Shown here one piece after another: positions 1 through 12,341 of a DNA stretch of 64,000 nucleotides (its first letter is position 1; each line of letters starts with the position of its first letter). The notes beneath the pieces were generated by a model. It was given only the letters and a program-made list of their open reading frames with translations, had not been told where the DNA came from and did not search any database. Source of the stretch: Podarcis cretensis (Eukaryota). Location of the stretch: positions 37,510,001 to 37,574,000 of the forward strand of contig OX638160.1 of assembly GCA_951804945.1 (NCBI GenBank), in the 5' to 3' direction. Position numbers and translations under genes: made by a program.

Positions 1-1800
1 CTATTCCTAGGAGAGTACAGGCTGGTTGCATCGACAGACGTCTTTGGTTTTCATTCCGCCAAGATCGGTCAAGGCACCAAGATGGCTGTCAAACCCAAAG
101 GAAGAAAACGTGTTTGTTGGGGGGGGGGGGAGAGAGGCGTGTGGTGCAAGATTGCGGGGCTACAATAATAATAATAATACCCCCTCAAAAAAAATAACCT
201 CGAAATTTTAAGAAAGAAAGGAAAGCCTCCTGAGAAAAATAAAAAAGGCTAAGAAGTTAGAAGGGAAGGCGAAGGAAAAACCTGCCAAAGACGACGAGCC
301 AGATCAAAGAAGCGGAATTAGACGGCATTCTGCCAATAAATTGCTCCTCTGGTGACAACGCAGCCAAGATGCCAGAAGAAAGCAGCAGCAAACAGAACCG
401 ACAGTCTAGACTTGGGTATTGATAAGAGCAAGACAGAATTTTATCGATGAGTCTTTAAAGGACACCGTTAAGTGCAACTAGCATTGAGGCCGAGCTCTGG
501 GAGGATCAAACCGCACACTGCTTTCTTAGACGTGTGTGTCTCAGTTCTGCTGGGATTATATAAATATATTTTAAAATCGCGTTTGCCTAAAGTCACTTCT
601 TGGAAGTGCTACTTAAATTGAGAAGACCATCACACACACCCACACACACGCCGTTGTCCACGGCCTCCCCTCCAGGAAATAGGGCGTTTTATAATAAAGA
701 CTCAGGACTAACCCTCGCTAAACGGAATGAGCTCCGAATCACCTCCAGAGTATAGACTTCCAGTATAAATAGCAAAAAAAGAGGGGTGAAATGATTATTC
801 ACTTCTAAGCAATGTTTCCGGGACATATTACGGTACATGAATGCGGAAATTTAATGGTGCCCAGTTTTAGAAGATGCCTCTATTCTCCATCCCACTTAAA
901 AAGAAAAAGAAAAGATATGTTGGAATGGATACTGCTTAATTATTTAAAGTTTTCCCTAGGTCACTCATTCCATCCAAAATGCCCTCTCCGCCCCCTTTAA
1001 AAAATTGTAACCTAGAAACTACTGCTTTCTAGGTTTCTCTAAACAAACCTCGTTTAAAAACAACCTCCACCCACAGAATAAAATGTTAAAAATAACGAGG
1101 ATGATTTAAAAACACACACACCAAATGGTCATTCTGCAGGGTGGTTTATTTTGGGATCAAGCAAAGAATTTTCTGCAATTTGGACTTGGGGTATTATTCC
1201 GCTGTTTCAGCTGCCTTCTTCCTCCTTTATTCCCTCCATTGATCACCCATTGTCCAAATTACTTACAACAAATGTATATATTCGTGTTTGCATTTTACTG
1301 TAGCTGAAGTCATTGAGGACAAGCTACATTAAAAGTACACACGAGACAATAAGAATTAACATTAAAAGCTGCCATGACCAGTCATTCGTTCATATAAACG
1401 ACATTTTCTACAGGGGATTTGTATTAAGTACAGTATATGTAAGTTCCATCCTAAATAAATGCACAATAAATTTCCAGTCTTTTTTAGGAATCCTCCTGGA
1501 TTCCTACTAAGGAATTACAATGAAATACCTTTGATAATCACATTTAGTGTGTCATTTGACTGCTAAACGTTCTTTTTCTCTTTTTGGCAGGGAAAAAAGA
1601 CGCAAACTTAAAGCGTTTTCCCAATAATGTTATTTGTCTTTCTTGGCTCTTAATTTCGGTACAGTAGGCACACATTTGTGGTTTGATTGTCTTATTTATT
1701 CACAAACATCGAGTCCATTCATCTATCTTCGGTATGTGTGTTTGTGTATATGGCTCATATACTAATCGATGGAGCCGTAGAATTCAGAAGTGAAGGAGAG

Positions 1801-1845
<45 letters not shown>

Positions 1846-1889
1846 ATATATATACAATATATACATAAACATACACACACACACATATG
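1801..1889. repeat. Compound (TA)n/(CA)n microsatellite
   Basis: Directly visible. Confidence 0.9.
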
Positions 1890-3157
1890 AAAGAGTAAAT
1901 AAAATGCCATAAGAGTTCCAGCCTAGATTCGTACAGGCATCTTAGTCCTGCGGTGTATTAGAACTGTTATCATCTGCACTGCATAATTAAACCGGGTCCC
2001 ACAGAGATGAAATTGCTTAAGAAAGCGAGCGGGAGCCTTTAACTGCCTCAAAGACATCTGGTGAAGAAATTCAGTGGCCGGTAAATAATTTTCAAATTAA
2101 ATTTTGTTGCCGAGCCACCAACTTAGAGCCTCTGTTTTGGCCCGGTGAAAAGAACGTCGTTTCCGAAGGATTCTGGCCCAGAGCAGAATGGAACCAAAGG
2201 CAGGGATCATTGGCTGAATAAGAGATTAAGACTGAGCCATCCATGTTCAGCAATTCAAAAGCTCGCCCATTGCATTGTGAAAACTGTTTGCTCCTAATAA
2301 ATACTTTTTTAAAAAAAATGATCGGAGCATTTTTTTTAAAAAAATATTTAAAAACCCACGTCTAACTGTGTGTTGTTGTTTTTTTAAAAATACACACTGA
2401 GCATGTTTCTTTAACAGCTCCGCCGCGTTTCAGTCACCAGCATCCGCATTCCAAGCGCTTTGAGATTCCCGGCTATAAAAATTGCTTATGCGGCCTCAGT
2501 ATAGCGTAGTGTAGTCCTATACATGTCTACTCTGAAGTAAGAAGCTTTGCTGCATTCATTGGGGCAGATCCCCAGGTAAATTGCCTAAGCCATGAACGGG
2601 TTAATGCAAACGATTATATTGTGTGAGAATATCTGCTTTGACTTTGTGCATTATATATCCCTTACATTATATATCCGTTATGCATTTTCATTAGTCGATT
2701 ACAATATACACGGGATGTTTAACCCAAATGCATCTGTATAAGCTTAAACTGTTTAAATATATTCTCACTGTACATGTGTTTGATACGTGCACTCAGGCGC
2801 ACGACATATTATTTGCTCTTACTGCGGTCAAATTAGCAGGATTCGTGAAGCATGCTTCAAGCTGAGAGAGGAAAATATCAATCTGTACAGAACAGGCATG
2901 ATAATACTAATACTAATAGTTACAAACGGAGAAGTTTACCATTGCAGTTATTGACTTTTAAGATTATAACATATTGAAACACGAAATACTGAAGCATTAA
3001 GGTATTCCTTTTAGTTGTGGGGACATATATAATATCGCCTTTTGTTAATATCAAATCAGGAGTTTCAAAACCGCATATGCATCTCCTAGAAAGTCGACAT
3101 TTTATAATTTTTTTCCTTTGGCTTCATGGCGGAAATCGCCCTTGTTTTCGTGGAACA

Positions 3158-3176
3158 ACACTGCCATCTGCTGTTC
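3158..3176 (-). promoter_or_regulatory. Probable CTCF site (A7|A9 boundary position)
   Basis: Minus strand GAACAGCAGATGGCAGTGT closely matches the CTCF core CCASYAGRKGGCRS. It lies 3' of HOXA9, where mammals have a CTCF boundary. Confidence 0.6.
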
Positions 3177-4564
3177 TGTCCCGGTAACCGCAAGCAATAA
3201 AATAGGCGCAGGAATCTGACGAACGTGTAAACATAGCTGATATCTACCCCTGCAAACGCTTCGGTAATCTACTTTGCCATGCAGTAGCAATTATAGAAAA
3301 GGTTCCAGCGGTATATTCATTAAAGATAAACGTTCACCTTACAGCCTACATTTCAGAGGGGAAAGGGCTAATAAAAACGAGCTATTTCCGCAGAGCCGCT
3401 TTATCTAAAACAGCCAGACAAAACAAATGAAAGGGCTTTTGTAGAAAATCTTAATTGTGGCTGGACAGTTGTAAACTCATTAAGGGCCGAATTCCAGACA
3501 GTTTGCAGACCTGCCATTTATTACGCACTTCCAATGAGGATTCTTTGAAGTCCCCACCGTCTGCAACAACAGAGGGCGTCGCAACATCCCAAACCACTGG
3601 GACAGGCATTAATTAGAAACACCCCCCACCCTTGTTTTTGCAGACGAGAACTATTTCGCTTTGTGTTAATTTAATGCAATTTACCAAAGATTTCTTTATT
3701 TTTAAAAATAAAAATTAAAAAAGGCCAACAAAACTCCAAGTGATTTCCCCTGCCTCTCTGAACCTTCGAACATTTTCAAAGCCTGAGATACTGAAAGTTC
3801 TTGCCTTCAAGCCTGCAGCATTTTACACCCCATAAACGGTTACAGCCGTCATTTTCTTTTATGGCACACTATGGCTCTGAATTTTCTTAACAGCTTCTTC
3901 AGCTAAGACTTGTTAGCTGGAAGTGTGCGGGCTTGTTTGTGCCTTTAAAATAAACTCTTCTGCAATGAGCTACAGAGGAGTCCCTGTTTGGTCTTGTGCA
4001 CAACTCTGATCTAACTGGTATTTTTTTTTTTTTATGGGGGAGGATAATAATTTCTGAGCGGGGAGCCGAGCCTGCCCGAGGCACGACTAAACTCTCAACG
4101 CGTCAGAATTCCTTTTATTGTTCATCCGTTTGGACTACCCACCCCCACTCCATCGCCTGCATGTATTCGTTAAAGTGTTGGTTAATCTCCATCACCAACA
4201 CCCCTTTGCCAACCAACCCGATTTTCTAACCTGAACTTTATAAACAACGACACACAAAAAACCTTTCTAGCGTCCATTGTTGCCCGATAAGCCTCCATCT
4301 TTGGCTGCGTCAAATGCGGTGTATTTATTTCGCGGGCGAGAATGCACCGAAGACACAGAAAGCAGCTGGAATGGGTTTTACATTGGGAATGCTTTCTCTA
4401 TGAAGAGACATGGATGAAATTTCATACGCTATGAATTATTTGCTCCTGGAAGCCAAGCTGATTTTTTAAAATGAGAGTTGAAGAGGGGCGGGTACTAACT
4501 AGATTATTCCTGCAAAAGGTCACCGAAATTTTGTCCTGCTGCTTTGCTGTATGTTGATCAATTC

Positions 4565-4565
<1 letters not shown>

Positions 4566-4607
<42 letters not shown>
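4566..4607. repeat. (ATT)14 microsatellite
   Basis: Directly visible. Confidence 0.95.
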
Positions 4608-4960
4608 TCACAGCATCTTAACTAATTAAAGACACCCACGCTAGTTACTATCCTTAGTTTCCAGTTCAGGGTTCTATGCAATCATTGGATAGCCTGGGTG
4701 CAACATGCCTGGCCGAGTTACTCCACTGTCTTCTTCCCCCAGATTCCACTCGCGTTTTCGTTTGGGAGAAGGATTTGCCATGTGAACCATAACTGCTTGG
4801 AAGTTCCATCAAAATGAGTGGGTCTTCCTTTTGAGTAACCGTGTTAAAGGATCAGTGTTAGGATTTTGCTTGCTCTCCAAAGGTAAAGATGGGCAGGTTT
4901 TGCCTTCTTAATAATCTTAAAAACAGCACAATGTTTTTTTTTAAAAGAATCAATATATAT

Positions 4961-4966
4961 TTTATT
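4961..4966 (-). terminator. Probable HOXA9 polyadenylation signal (AATAAA); 3' UTR about 4943-6255
   Basis: TTTATT on + about 1.3 kb downstream of the stop codon. The flanking sequence resembles the mammalian HOXA9 mRNA 3' end as I recall it. Other AATAAA hexamers lie at 5078 and 5148. Confidence 0.6.
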
Positions 4967-6097
4967 TAGCAAAAAGTTAAATATCATTCTGGACACAACT
5001 ATTTGGTCAGTAGGCCATGAGGTAACTATTGCAAGATATACAGTGTAGCTTCTGCATAAACATAACGTCCAGGACTCTTTATTTTTTATGTTAATAATCG
5101 ATACAAATCTACAATAACCAAAAGGTAGGTTTTTTTAGAGTGTATAATTTATTATCAATAAAATTAAACTTCATTACAATAAGAATCAATTAAATTCGAT
5201 TAAACTCAAAACGTAAACCATAGGTAGTTACCTTCTTTTTCACATATAGGTATAGCTCCGTTATCTGAAAATTGCTCACGGGTGCAAAAACAAGATTCAA
5301 GCTAGCCTGATTATTAAGGGTTTCTTTCTTTAATATATAGATTATGATATATACAACTGACGAAGACTGTACTATATATATATAGATAGATAGATAGATA
5401 GATCAAGTGTGCATACGAAAATGACTTGCTTCAAAAGAACTGGGGGATCCACAAGTCCTTGGCTATCCCAGATCATGCCCCCCACTTTTGTGTTTAAAAG
5501 CTGGGATAGAAAGAGAGCGAACGAATTGGTTTCCCCCCGGTACAATCCAAGGTTCACTGTCTAATAATGATACAGAAAAAAGGACTCCTTACACTACCGA
5601 GCTATACTCTATGCAACCTTTATAATAAACAACCTGAGTTCAAATTGAATCCTAGCTTACACAATCACATCTGGTACAGCACCCAAGCACAAAAAATTGA
5701 GTCACAAATATAATTACCACAATAAAACACAGTGTTCAAGTATTAGAGCAGACCTCTCTCTGCCGCGCAAAGAGCAAATAAAATTAACTACGTCGACTAA
5801 CCTATACAGTCTGTAAAGAATTGTGCATTAAAAAGGTAGTTTCTTTCTTTCTTTTTTCCTTTCTTTCTTTCGTGAAGGACAGGTAGATTTAGACAAGCCA
5901 ACAGATCAGCCTTCCGAGTTTAATGCCCCCCTTTCCTTTCCTATGATTAGAAAATGATAAATCTGGGTACCTCCATAATAGCACCGGGGCACAGCCATAT
6001 CTCCCTGCAAGCTGGCGAGATACATTCAAGAGCTGAATTGGCCAAGGACAAAACAACAGCAACAACCCCAGAGGGGTGGGAAACCCCAAATAATATT

Positions 6098-6133
6098 AAT
6101 AATAATAATAATAATAATAACAACAACAACAAC
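6098..6133. repeat. (AAT)n(AAC)n microsatellite in the HOXA9 3' UTR
   Basis: Directly visible. Confidence 0.9.
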
Positions 6134-6255
6134 ACATGAGGCCTGGACACAGTCTCGGGGTATGCTGGGAACAGAAGAGGGGAGGATTGTGTTGCGTTGC
6201 GCTGGAAGGGGAGATTTTTGCTGTTTGAAACGTGATTAAACCTGGAAGCCGAGCA

Positions 6256-6494
6256 TCATTCATCCTTCGCTCGGTCTTTGTTGATTTTCTTCATTTTCAT
6301 CCTCCGGTTCTGAAACCAGATTTTCACTTGTCTCTCGGTTAAATTCAGGAGCCGGGCCACTTCGTACCGTCGGTCCCTGGTGAGATACATGTTGAACAAA
6401 AACTCCTTCTCCAGCTCCAGCGTCTGGTGCTTGGTGTAAGGGCACCGTTTTTTCCGAGTGGATCTCGCGTGCAACCAGTTCGCGGCCGGGTTGT
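6256..6494 (-). CDS. HOXA9: Homeobox protein Hox-A9, exon 2 (homeodomain)
   Basis: Encodes [79 protein letters not shown], a paralog-9 homeodomain with the A9-type C-terminus. Acceptor TTGCAG| with AG at 6496-6495; TGA at 6258-6256. Confidence 0.97.
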
Positions 6495-7879
6495 CTGCAA
6501 GGAAAACGACGCCAAAGAGGGTTAAGTTGGCGAAGGACAGAACCCCGCACCAACCCCCCCCCGCACTGCTATTATGACTGCATCTCCACCCCATAGGCAC
6601 ACAAACAGCATCTCCTCCCACCCCCACCCCCAAGCCACCACCTTCCTTTTGAAGAGCATGGATGCCCTGATATTGGTGGTTTACGACATTCCTTTCCTTT
6701 GGACAGACATACAGGATGGGGTCAGACACAATGGACTCCAAACTGAGACACATGGAAAAGGTCACGTAGAATTACGCGTAGTAAAAAAAGCAAGAGAGAA
6801 AGGGAGGGGGGAACCCCACTGGCCACCGCCTCACTTCTTCATAGTGTTTATATAGGGTGTAATTTCAAAGCCTGCCTTTGCTGCTTACACTCCTCTCAGC
6901 CAAGCCCCCTGATTTCACTCTCTCTCCTCTCCCCCTCCGGAAAAAAAAAAATATAGGACCGGTGCACAACCCCTGAGAATAAGTGTCATAATGAAAATGT
7001 TTCACTTTCCAGTTCTGACCTTCTCTTATATAACCGCTGGGCGCTTTCAAGGAGATAAGGGAACACACCCACCCGGCCCTCTCTTCAGGCTAAGCCTGGC
7101 TTGCTTTAGGTGGGAAAACACACACTCACACATTTGCATTTGGCATTATTTGCTGTGCCTGCACTATTGATCCGCTGGCACAGTTCTAAAGGCAAGCGAA
7201 GGTGTTAGCAACAAGCAAAGGAGTGGAATAAATAGTCGCCAAACAGAGGGCAAAAATGAAGTTAGGGAAAAGACACACACACAAGAACAGTTGTTGTTCT
7301 TGGCTTTCCTAGCTCAGCTAGTCGTCACAAAGGGATCAGATTCACATCCAATGTTTTGTTTTTCCTCGCCTCTCCCAAGTAACTTGGGTTGTGCGCGACC
7401 ACCACCCTCTCACGCCGCCCCCCCTACACAGCCCGGCTCTCTCCTCCCATCCCCCCAGTGTGGCTTGGTAGCTGAAGCGTGCGCCCAGGAAAACACGCTG
7501 GTGACGCGCCCCTGCACACTGTTGCGACAGGGAGGTCATGCTGGACTTTGCTGGCACCTTGACGCTGAGAAACACACACAGACCTAGCTGGCTGCATAGA
7601 CCGTGAGCCTACAAAGACTGTGGCACCAAATATGTACATACACGCGTATATGCATGCGCAACCATATTCCCGTTTTACGCACACAATTCTACACACACAG
7701 AAATAGAGAGAAGCTCAGTGGTGCAGCTGGACGTTCTTCTAGGACCACAGAAGCCCCCACCCAGTCACCCACCCAGCAGCCATTGCCGCATAGCTCACGG
7801 TAGACGGTGGCTCTCGACACCCAGCCCTCTACCACCCGCCCACCCTCCTCCCGCCCAAGCCCAGGCGGATGGCACTTAC

Positions 7880-8426
7880 TTGGGTCGATCTGGGGCTTGT
7901 CTCCGTTCGCCTCGCTCTCGCCATTGTTTTCCGAGAACGCGCCGTCGTTGCCTTGCTTATCCCTATCAGCTGGAGGAGAACCACAAGCATAGTCAGTCAG
8001 AGAGAGCGCGTGCGTGTCAAAGGTGGTACAGTCACCCCTCCTGGCCGTGAGCGGTTCAGGTTTAATGCCGTAATGCCTGCTGGCCGGCAAGCCCGGGAAA
8101 GACAAGGAGCCCGGCATGGGCTCCAGCCACGAGCGCATGTACCTGCCGTCGGGCGCTGCCATTGGTGCCTGGTGGTGCACGTACGGGTGGTACACGGTGG
8201 GCACATTGTTAGCGCTCGGCGGGTGCACGGCGTTCCAGGAAGTGCTGAAGACGGAGGTTTTCGACTGAAAGCTGCACGGGGTGAACTCGGGGTGGTCTCC
8301 AAGGGTCGCCTGCCTGGCCGGCTGACCTAGAGAAGCCGAGCCATAGCGGGACTGCACCAGCTCCTCGCTGTCGTGGATGAGGAAAGAGTCCACGTAGTAG
8401 TTGCTGAGCGTCCCCGAAGAAGACAT
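7880..8426 (-). CDS. HOXA9: Homeobox protein Hox-A9, exon 1
   Basis: Encodes MSSSGTLSNYYVDSFL...DGRYMRSWLEP...HYGIKPEP...DKPQIDP. Donor CCA A|GTAAGT at 7880/7879. 547 nt (phase 1) plus 239 nt gives 261 aa. A second in-frame ATG lies at 8432. Confidence 0.95.
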
Positions 8427-8479
8427 AGCCATCCAAGCCAAGCCCCAGCCCCAGCCCCAGTGCAAAAAAAGGAGAGGCA

Positions 8480-8640
8480 AGACCTGGCGAAATTATGAAA
8501 CTGCAGATTTCATGTAACAACTTGGTCCTCACGAAGAAGTACAGTCACCTAATAAGTTGAAGGCTGCCTGTCAGCCCATTGGCTGCCTCGCGTCACATGG
8601 CCGGGCAGCAGAACAATAAAGTATAAATCAGTCCGCAGGC
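8480..8640 (-). promoter_or_regulatory. HOXA9 proximal promoter / 5' leader block (E-box plus CCAAT, short uORF)
   Basis: CATGTGAC E-box (8592-8599) lies 11 bp from CCAAT (8578-8582). The block AACTTATTAGGTGACTGTACTT...CCAAGTTGTTACATGAAATCTGCAGTTTCATAATTT matches my recollection of the mammalian Hoxa9 leader. Confidence 0.7.
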
Positions 8641-9711
8641 TATTAATGGGTCAGTGTTTTCCCGTCATCATTTTTATAGCAAAGCCATATGTTTTTATGC
8701 AAAGGGATAGACGACTTGTACGGCAATATTTGTTTTAATTGTGGCTGATCGAGATTAAAAGATCAGAATTTTGGGTATGGCCACCTTTCTAAAGCGGACT
8801 ATTTTATATCATAATTAATCATCCCATCAATGGTCCGTGTTCCTTGCAAAAAAAAAAAAAAAAAAAGCCAAGTCTCTTTCTCATACACACACACACACAT
8901 ACTCACTCACTCACGCACACACACACACACAAAGACAGGCTACCCTCCTTGTGATCGGAGACCTTCACATAAAATTATACAATAATTGAAGCAATAAAAA
9001 AGCAAAATAACATTGGCGGCATACTGTATTTAAATATATATTTATTATATTTCATAAGGAGTTATTGTTTCGGGAGCCACGGGGTTGTTATTAAGTCAGT
9101 AACTACGAGCGTATTCATTTGCATCGCTGTGTTTCACAGCAGTAAAAATTTACGAGTGCCTGGAAAGGTTAAATTATACTATTGTGTTTAGTTTGGGAAC
9201 TCACTGTAAATAATACTGTGCCGTTGAGTTCAGAGCTAACTGGGGCTGGCAGGGAAAAGTCAAATCCAACACGGTTCCCCTTTCCAAAAGGGAATCTGCC
9301 CACCGCCGAACAGAGCAGGAGGATAACTGGGGCTGGGGGCGAGAGATCTCAAATCGATACCGAAATTTGCATCCTTATCTGCACCTCCGATCTAAGAGTC
9401 CTCGGACCCACAGCCAGGAATCCCTCACTGTGGAATCGGACCCACAACTAGGAATCCCAAACACCCACCTCCTGGCTCCTCAGTAATCTCTTTCTCTTCT
9501 CTCTCCCTCCCCTCACCCCCTGCACAGCCCCCGAAATAATTCCAGCAGCAGAATAAGGCAAGGAACCGCAGACACATTTAAATTCTGCCACAAATACTAG
9601 CTTAACGTGCAGGTGTGGGAGACAATTACCCTTCTTGCTGTTTTTCTTTTAAATAACATTGTGACATTTTATCAAGAAGTTGTTTGAGGCAGGTTTGACA
9701 ACTAGATAACC

Positions 9712-9761
9712 ATTTTATTTTATTTTATTTTATTTTATTTTATTTTATTTTATTTTATTTT
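9712..9761. repeat. (ATTTT)10 microsatellite
   Basis: Directly visible. Confidence 0.95.
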
Positions 9762-11222
9762 GGTAAAAGGAAGAGACCAAGTCAAGAGGAGGAATGCAGA
9801 AGAGAACTTTTATGCGGGAGAAAAACTGAGCGGACACATCCCCCTCGATCAAGTTGACTGCGGCGGGATCCACGGCCACTGGGCATTTTATCCCTTCTGT
9901 CTCTCCCTCTCTCTCTGAAGTGTAACTACACATTCTGTCAAGAACCGGATAAAGCACAGCTATGTTGGAGCCTGTGAGTGTGTGAGACTGTGTGTCTGTC
10001 TGTGGGTGGGGAAGGAATACACACACACACACACCACACACACACACACAAAAAAAATACACACACTCACACACTCTTCATGACGATTAATTCCTAAGCA
10101 TGCATGAAAGCAAAATAGGAGCAAAATCCTGTCTGTCGCCTGCCTTTAAAGGGGCACCCTCTTTCGCCCTTGCATTTTTATGCAGTATCCCCGCTGGCGG
10201 ATCGCGTTCCCGAGCCGTCGGATTTGAGGTGCAAATAGTTATTTACTCTCTGGCACGTTCTTATATGGCTTCTGTAAGCGGCGGAGGGTTACCGCCGTCT
10301 AGGAAAAACAAGGAGAAGGTGATACGGTCTCAGATCAAGTCCAGTGTTGTGGATTAAAGTTATGACTAAATGGTGGATTGTCGGTGACATTTGCATTCAT
10401 TGTCTTTTTCCGGAGGATTCCTAAACGTTTCCCCCCCCCTATTTATTTCTCTTTCTTTCTTTCTTTCTTTTTTTCTTTCTTTCTTTGGAAAGAAATGCTG
10501 TGTTCTGCTACTGGGAGGAGGGGGAAGAGAATAAGGATCTCTGTATTTTATTTTATTATTATTTTTTTTAACTCTTCGTCAGGCTAGAGACGGGGCAAAT
10601 AGCAAGGAAACCGTGCTAATGAAATTCGTCTGTGAATATTGTGAGCGCAAAAAGTATGGTTCTCATTAGCTTTACATCACGTCAACGTTCTTTTCCCCCT
10701 TTCATACTTCTCCAATAGCTGAGTCTTGAGAAAAACTTAAATTAGCAGTCAGTTCTCTTTTTTTGACATAAGGTCCCGAGATTACAAGAAACAATTAATA
10801 TTTCACAGATCCTCAGCAGAAACAATTTCGCAGGGGCGTTGCTGGAAATCTCTTCCCATGCCTCAACAAAGCCATTTCTTTAAAAAAAATAAAAATAAAT
10901 GTAAACAAATGTCTTCCTATGTAATTACAGCTAAAGTATGTGATCGCCTTAGTGCGATATCCTCAACAGGAGAGAGGAGGAAAATATTATTATTAGTCGG
11001 TTTCTCTCCTGGAAAGACGGAAGTCTTACGTCATTTTTGTTTAAAATCGAGAGTCAGCTGTTGTGAAATATGCTGGCAGAACTTCCTTCCTCCTCGAAGG
11101 AGAAAAATAATCTTAACAGCAGGATTCCTAAATGTTTTTATGACTTTTTGGGGTTTCGGAGGCGGTAGTGACTTTTCATTCCGGATTAAGCCTTTGAGAG
11201 TGGGAAACAACGGTAATGATCC

Positions 11223-11390
11223 AGCTGCAATCCCCGGCACGTACTACAGAGTAAGTCCCATTAAAGCTCAGTGGGACTTACTTCTGGGTAAAATTGCAGT
11301 CTAAGACTGCAGTCTCTTTATACCCAGTTACCTAGAAGCGCCATTGAACTCAGTGGGACTTACTTTTGAGTAGACATGTAGAAATTTGAA
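11223..11390. repeat. Two adjacent copies of a roughly 80-bp palindromic interspersed repeat
   Basis: Perfect 11-bp stem AGTAAGTCCCA (11250-11260) / TGGGACTTACT (11272-11282). A second copy, CCATTGAACTCAGTGGGACTTACTTTTGAGTAGACATG, follows directly. Confidence 0.8.
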
Positions 11391-11746
11391 ATGTAAGGCT
11401 CGCGTTACAATAAAGGAATAAACATTTCAGAGCTCCCTTAAAAAAAGCTGGCTGCTGAACCATTAAAATTAAAGAATTTAAAGATGATTTGTTATATTCA
11501 CCTTCGAAATGATAGAAAGGGAAAAATACAAAGTATTTCGCCATTTTCTTCATTTGGTGCACATATTGTATTTTCAGTATAAACAGGAATCTTTTTTTAA
11601 TAGCTCGGCTTTGTAGCACCTATAGCCGACTTCCATTTAGTGACAAATAATATGAAAATGGAGAAAGCCTCCTTATTAGCCGAATTCCTGCTTTCTTTGA
11701 ACTGTTAATTAGCTCCAATGAAATAGGCTTCGGGTTGGAATAAGGC

Positions 11747-11825
11747 GGCTACCAGTCTTTGGACATTACCCTGAACACATAAATTTGGGACTTACTCCCG
11801 AGTAAGTGTGTGCAGAACGGTAGCC
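11747..11825. repeat. Palindromic interspersed repeat copy
   Basis: GGGACTTACTCCCGAGTAAGTGTG core; the termini GGCTACC and GGTAGCC are inverted. Confidence 0.7.
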
Positions 11826-11975
11826 GTGACATATAAACAACCCATATACACTGTCTCGCCCGTTTCGGGAAATTTTCGCCCAGGTTAAAAAATGTTATAC
11901 TGATCTCAACAGTATTTATTTCAAGTTACTGTGCATATATGGTCACAGCTTCAGAGTTTTAATAACTATATCTGG

Positions 11976-11977
<2 letters not shown>

Positions 11978-12022
<45 letters not shown>
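11978..12022. repeat. (CA)n microsatellite
   Basis: Directly visible. Confidence 0.95.
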
Positions 12023-12023
<1 letters not shown>

Positions 12024-12291
12024 TATTAGGTTTTAACCCTTGAATCTACCTACCAGACAGATCAAAGGAAAAGTAAAAACGCCGTTTAAGGGTTATAACT
12101 GTGTGCTCGCACTTTATTTACTTATTTTACACAGAGTCTGAAGTAATCAGTATGTTCCTAAACATATCTAAGCAATATAATTGACTAATGTTTCTCTCTC
12201 CCCCCACATATATTCCACCCCCTTCTCCCTCTCATTCATGCACACATATATATGTGTGTACACACAGATACATATAGAGTTTTCTCTTTTT

Positions 12292-12340
<49 letters not shown>
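12292..12340. repeat. (GAAA)12 microsatellite
   Basis: Directly visible. Confidence 0.95.

Positions 12341-12341
<1 letters not shown>

Noticed and set aside
1009-1506. Two short perfect hairpins (AACCTAGAAA/TTTCTAGGTT at 1009-1035; TAGGAATCC/GGATTCCTA at about 1485-1506)
   Set aside because: Stems of 9-10 bp are too short for a miRNA and are plausible by chance or local template switching.
6495-6765. N-terminal extensions of the track ORFs for HOXA9, HOXA10 and HOXA13 exon 2, and the TTG-started extension of HOXA9 exon 1
   Set aside because: Read-through into intron or UTR beyond clear splice acceptors and start codons.
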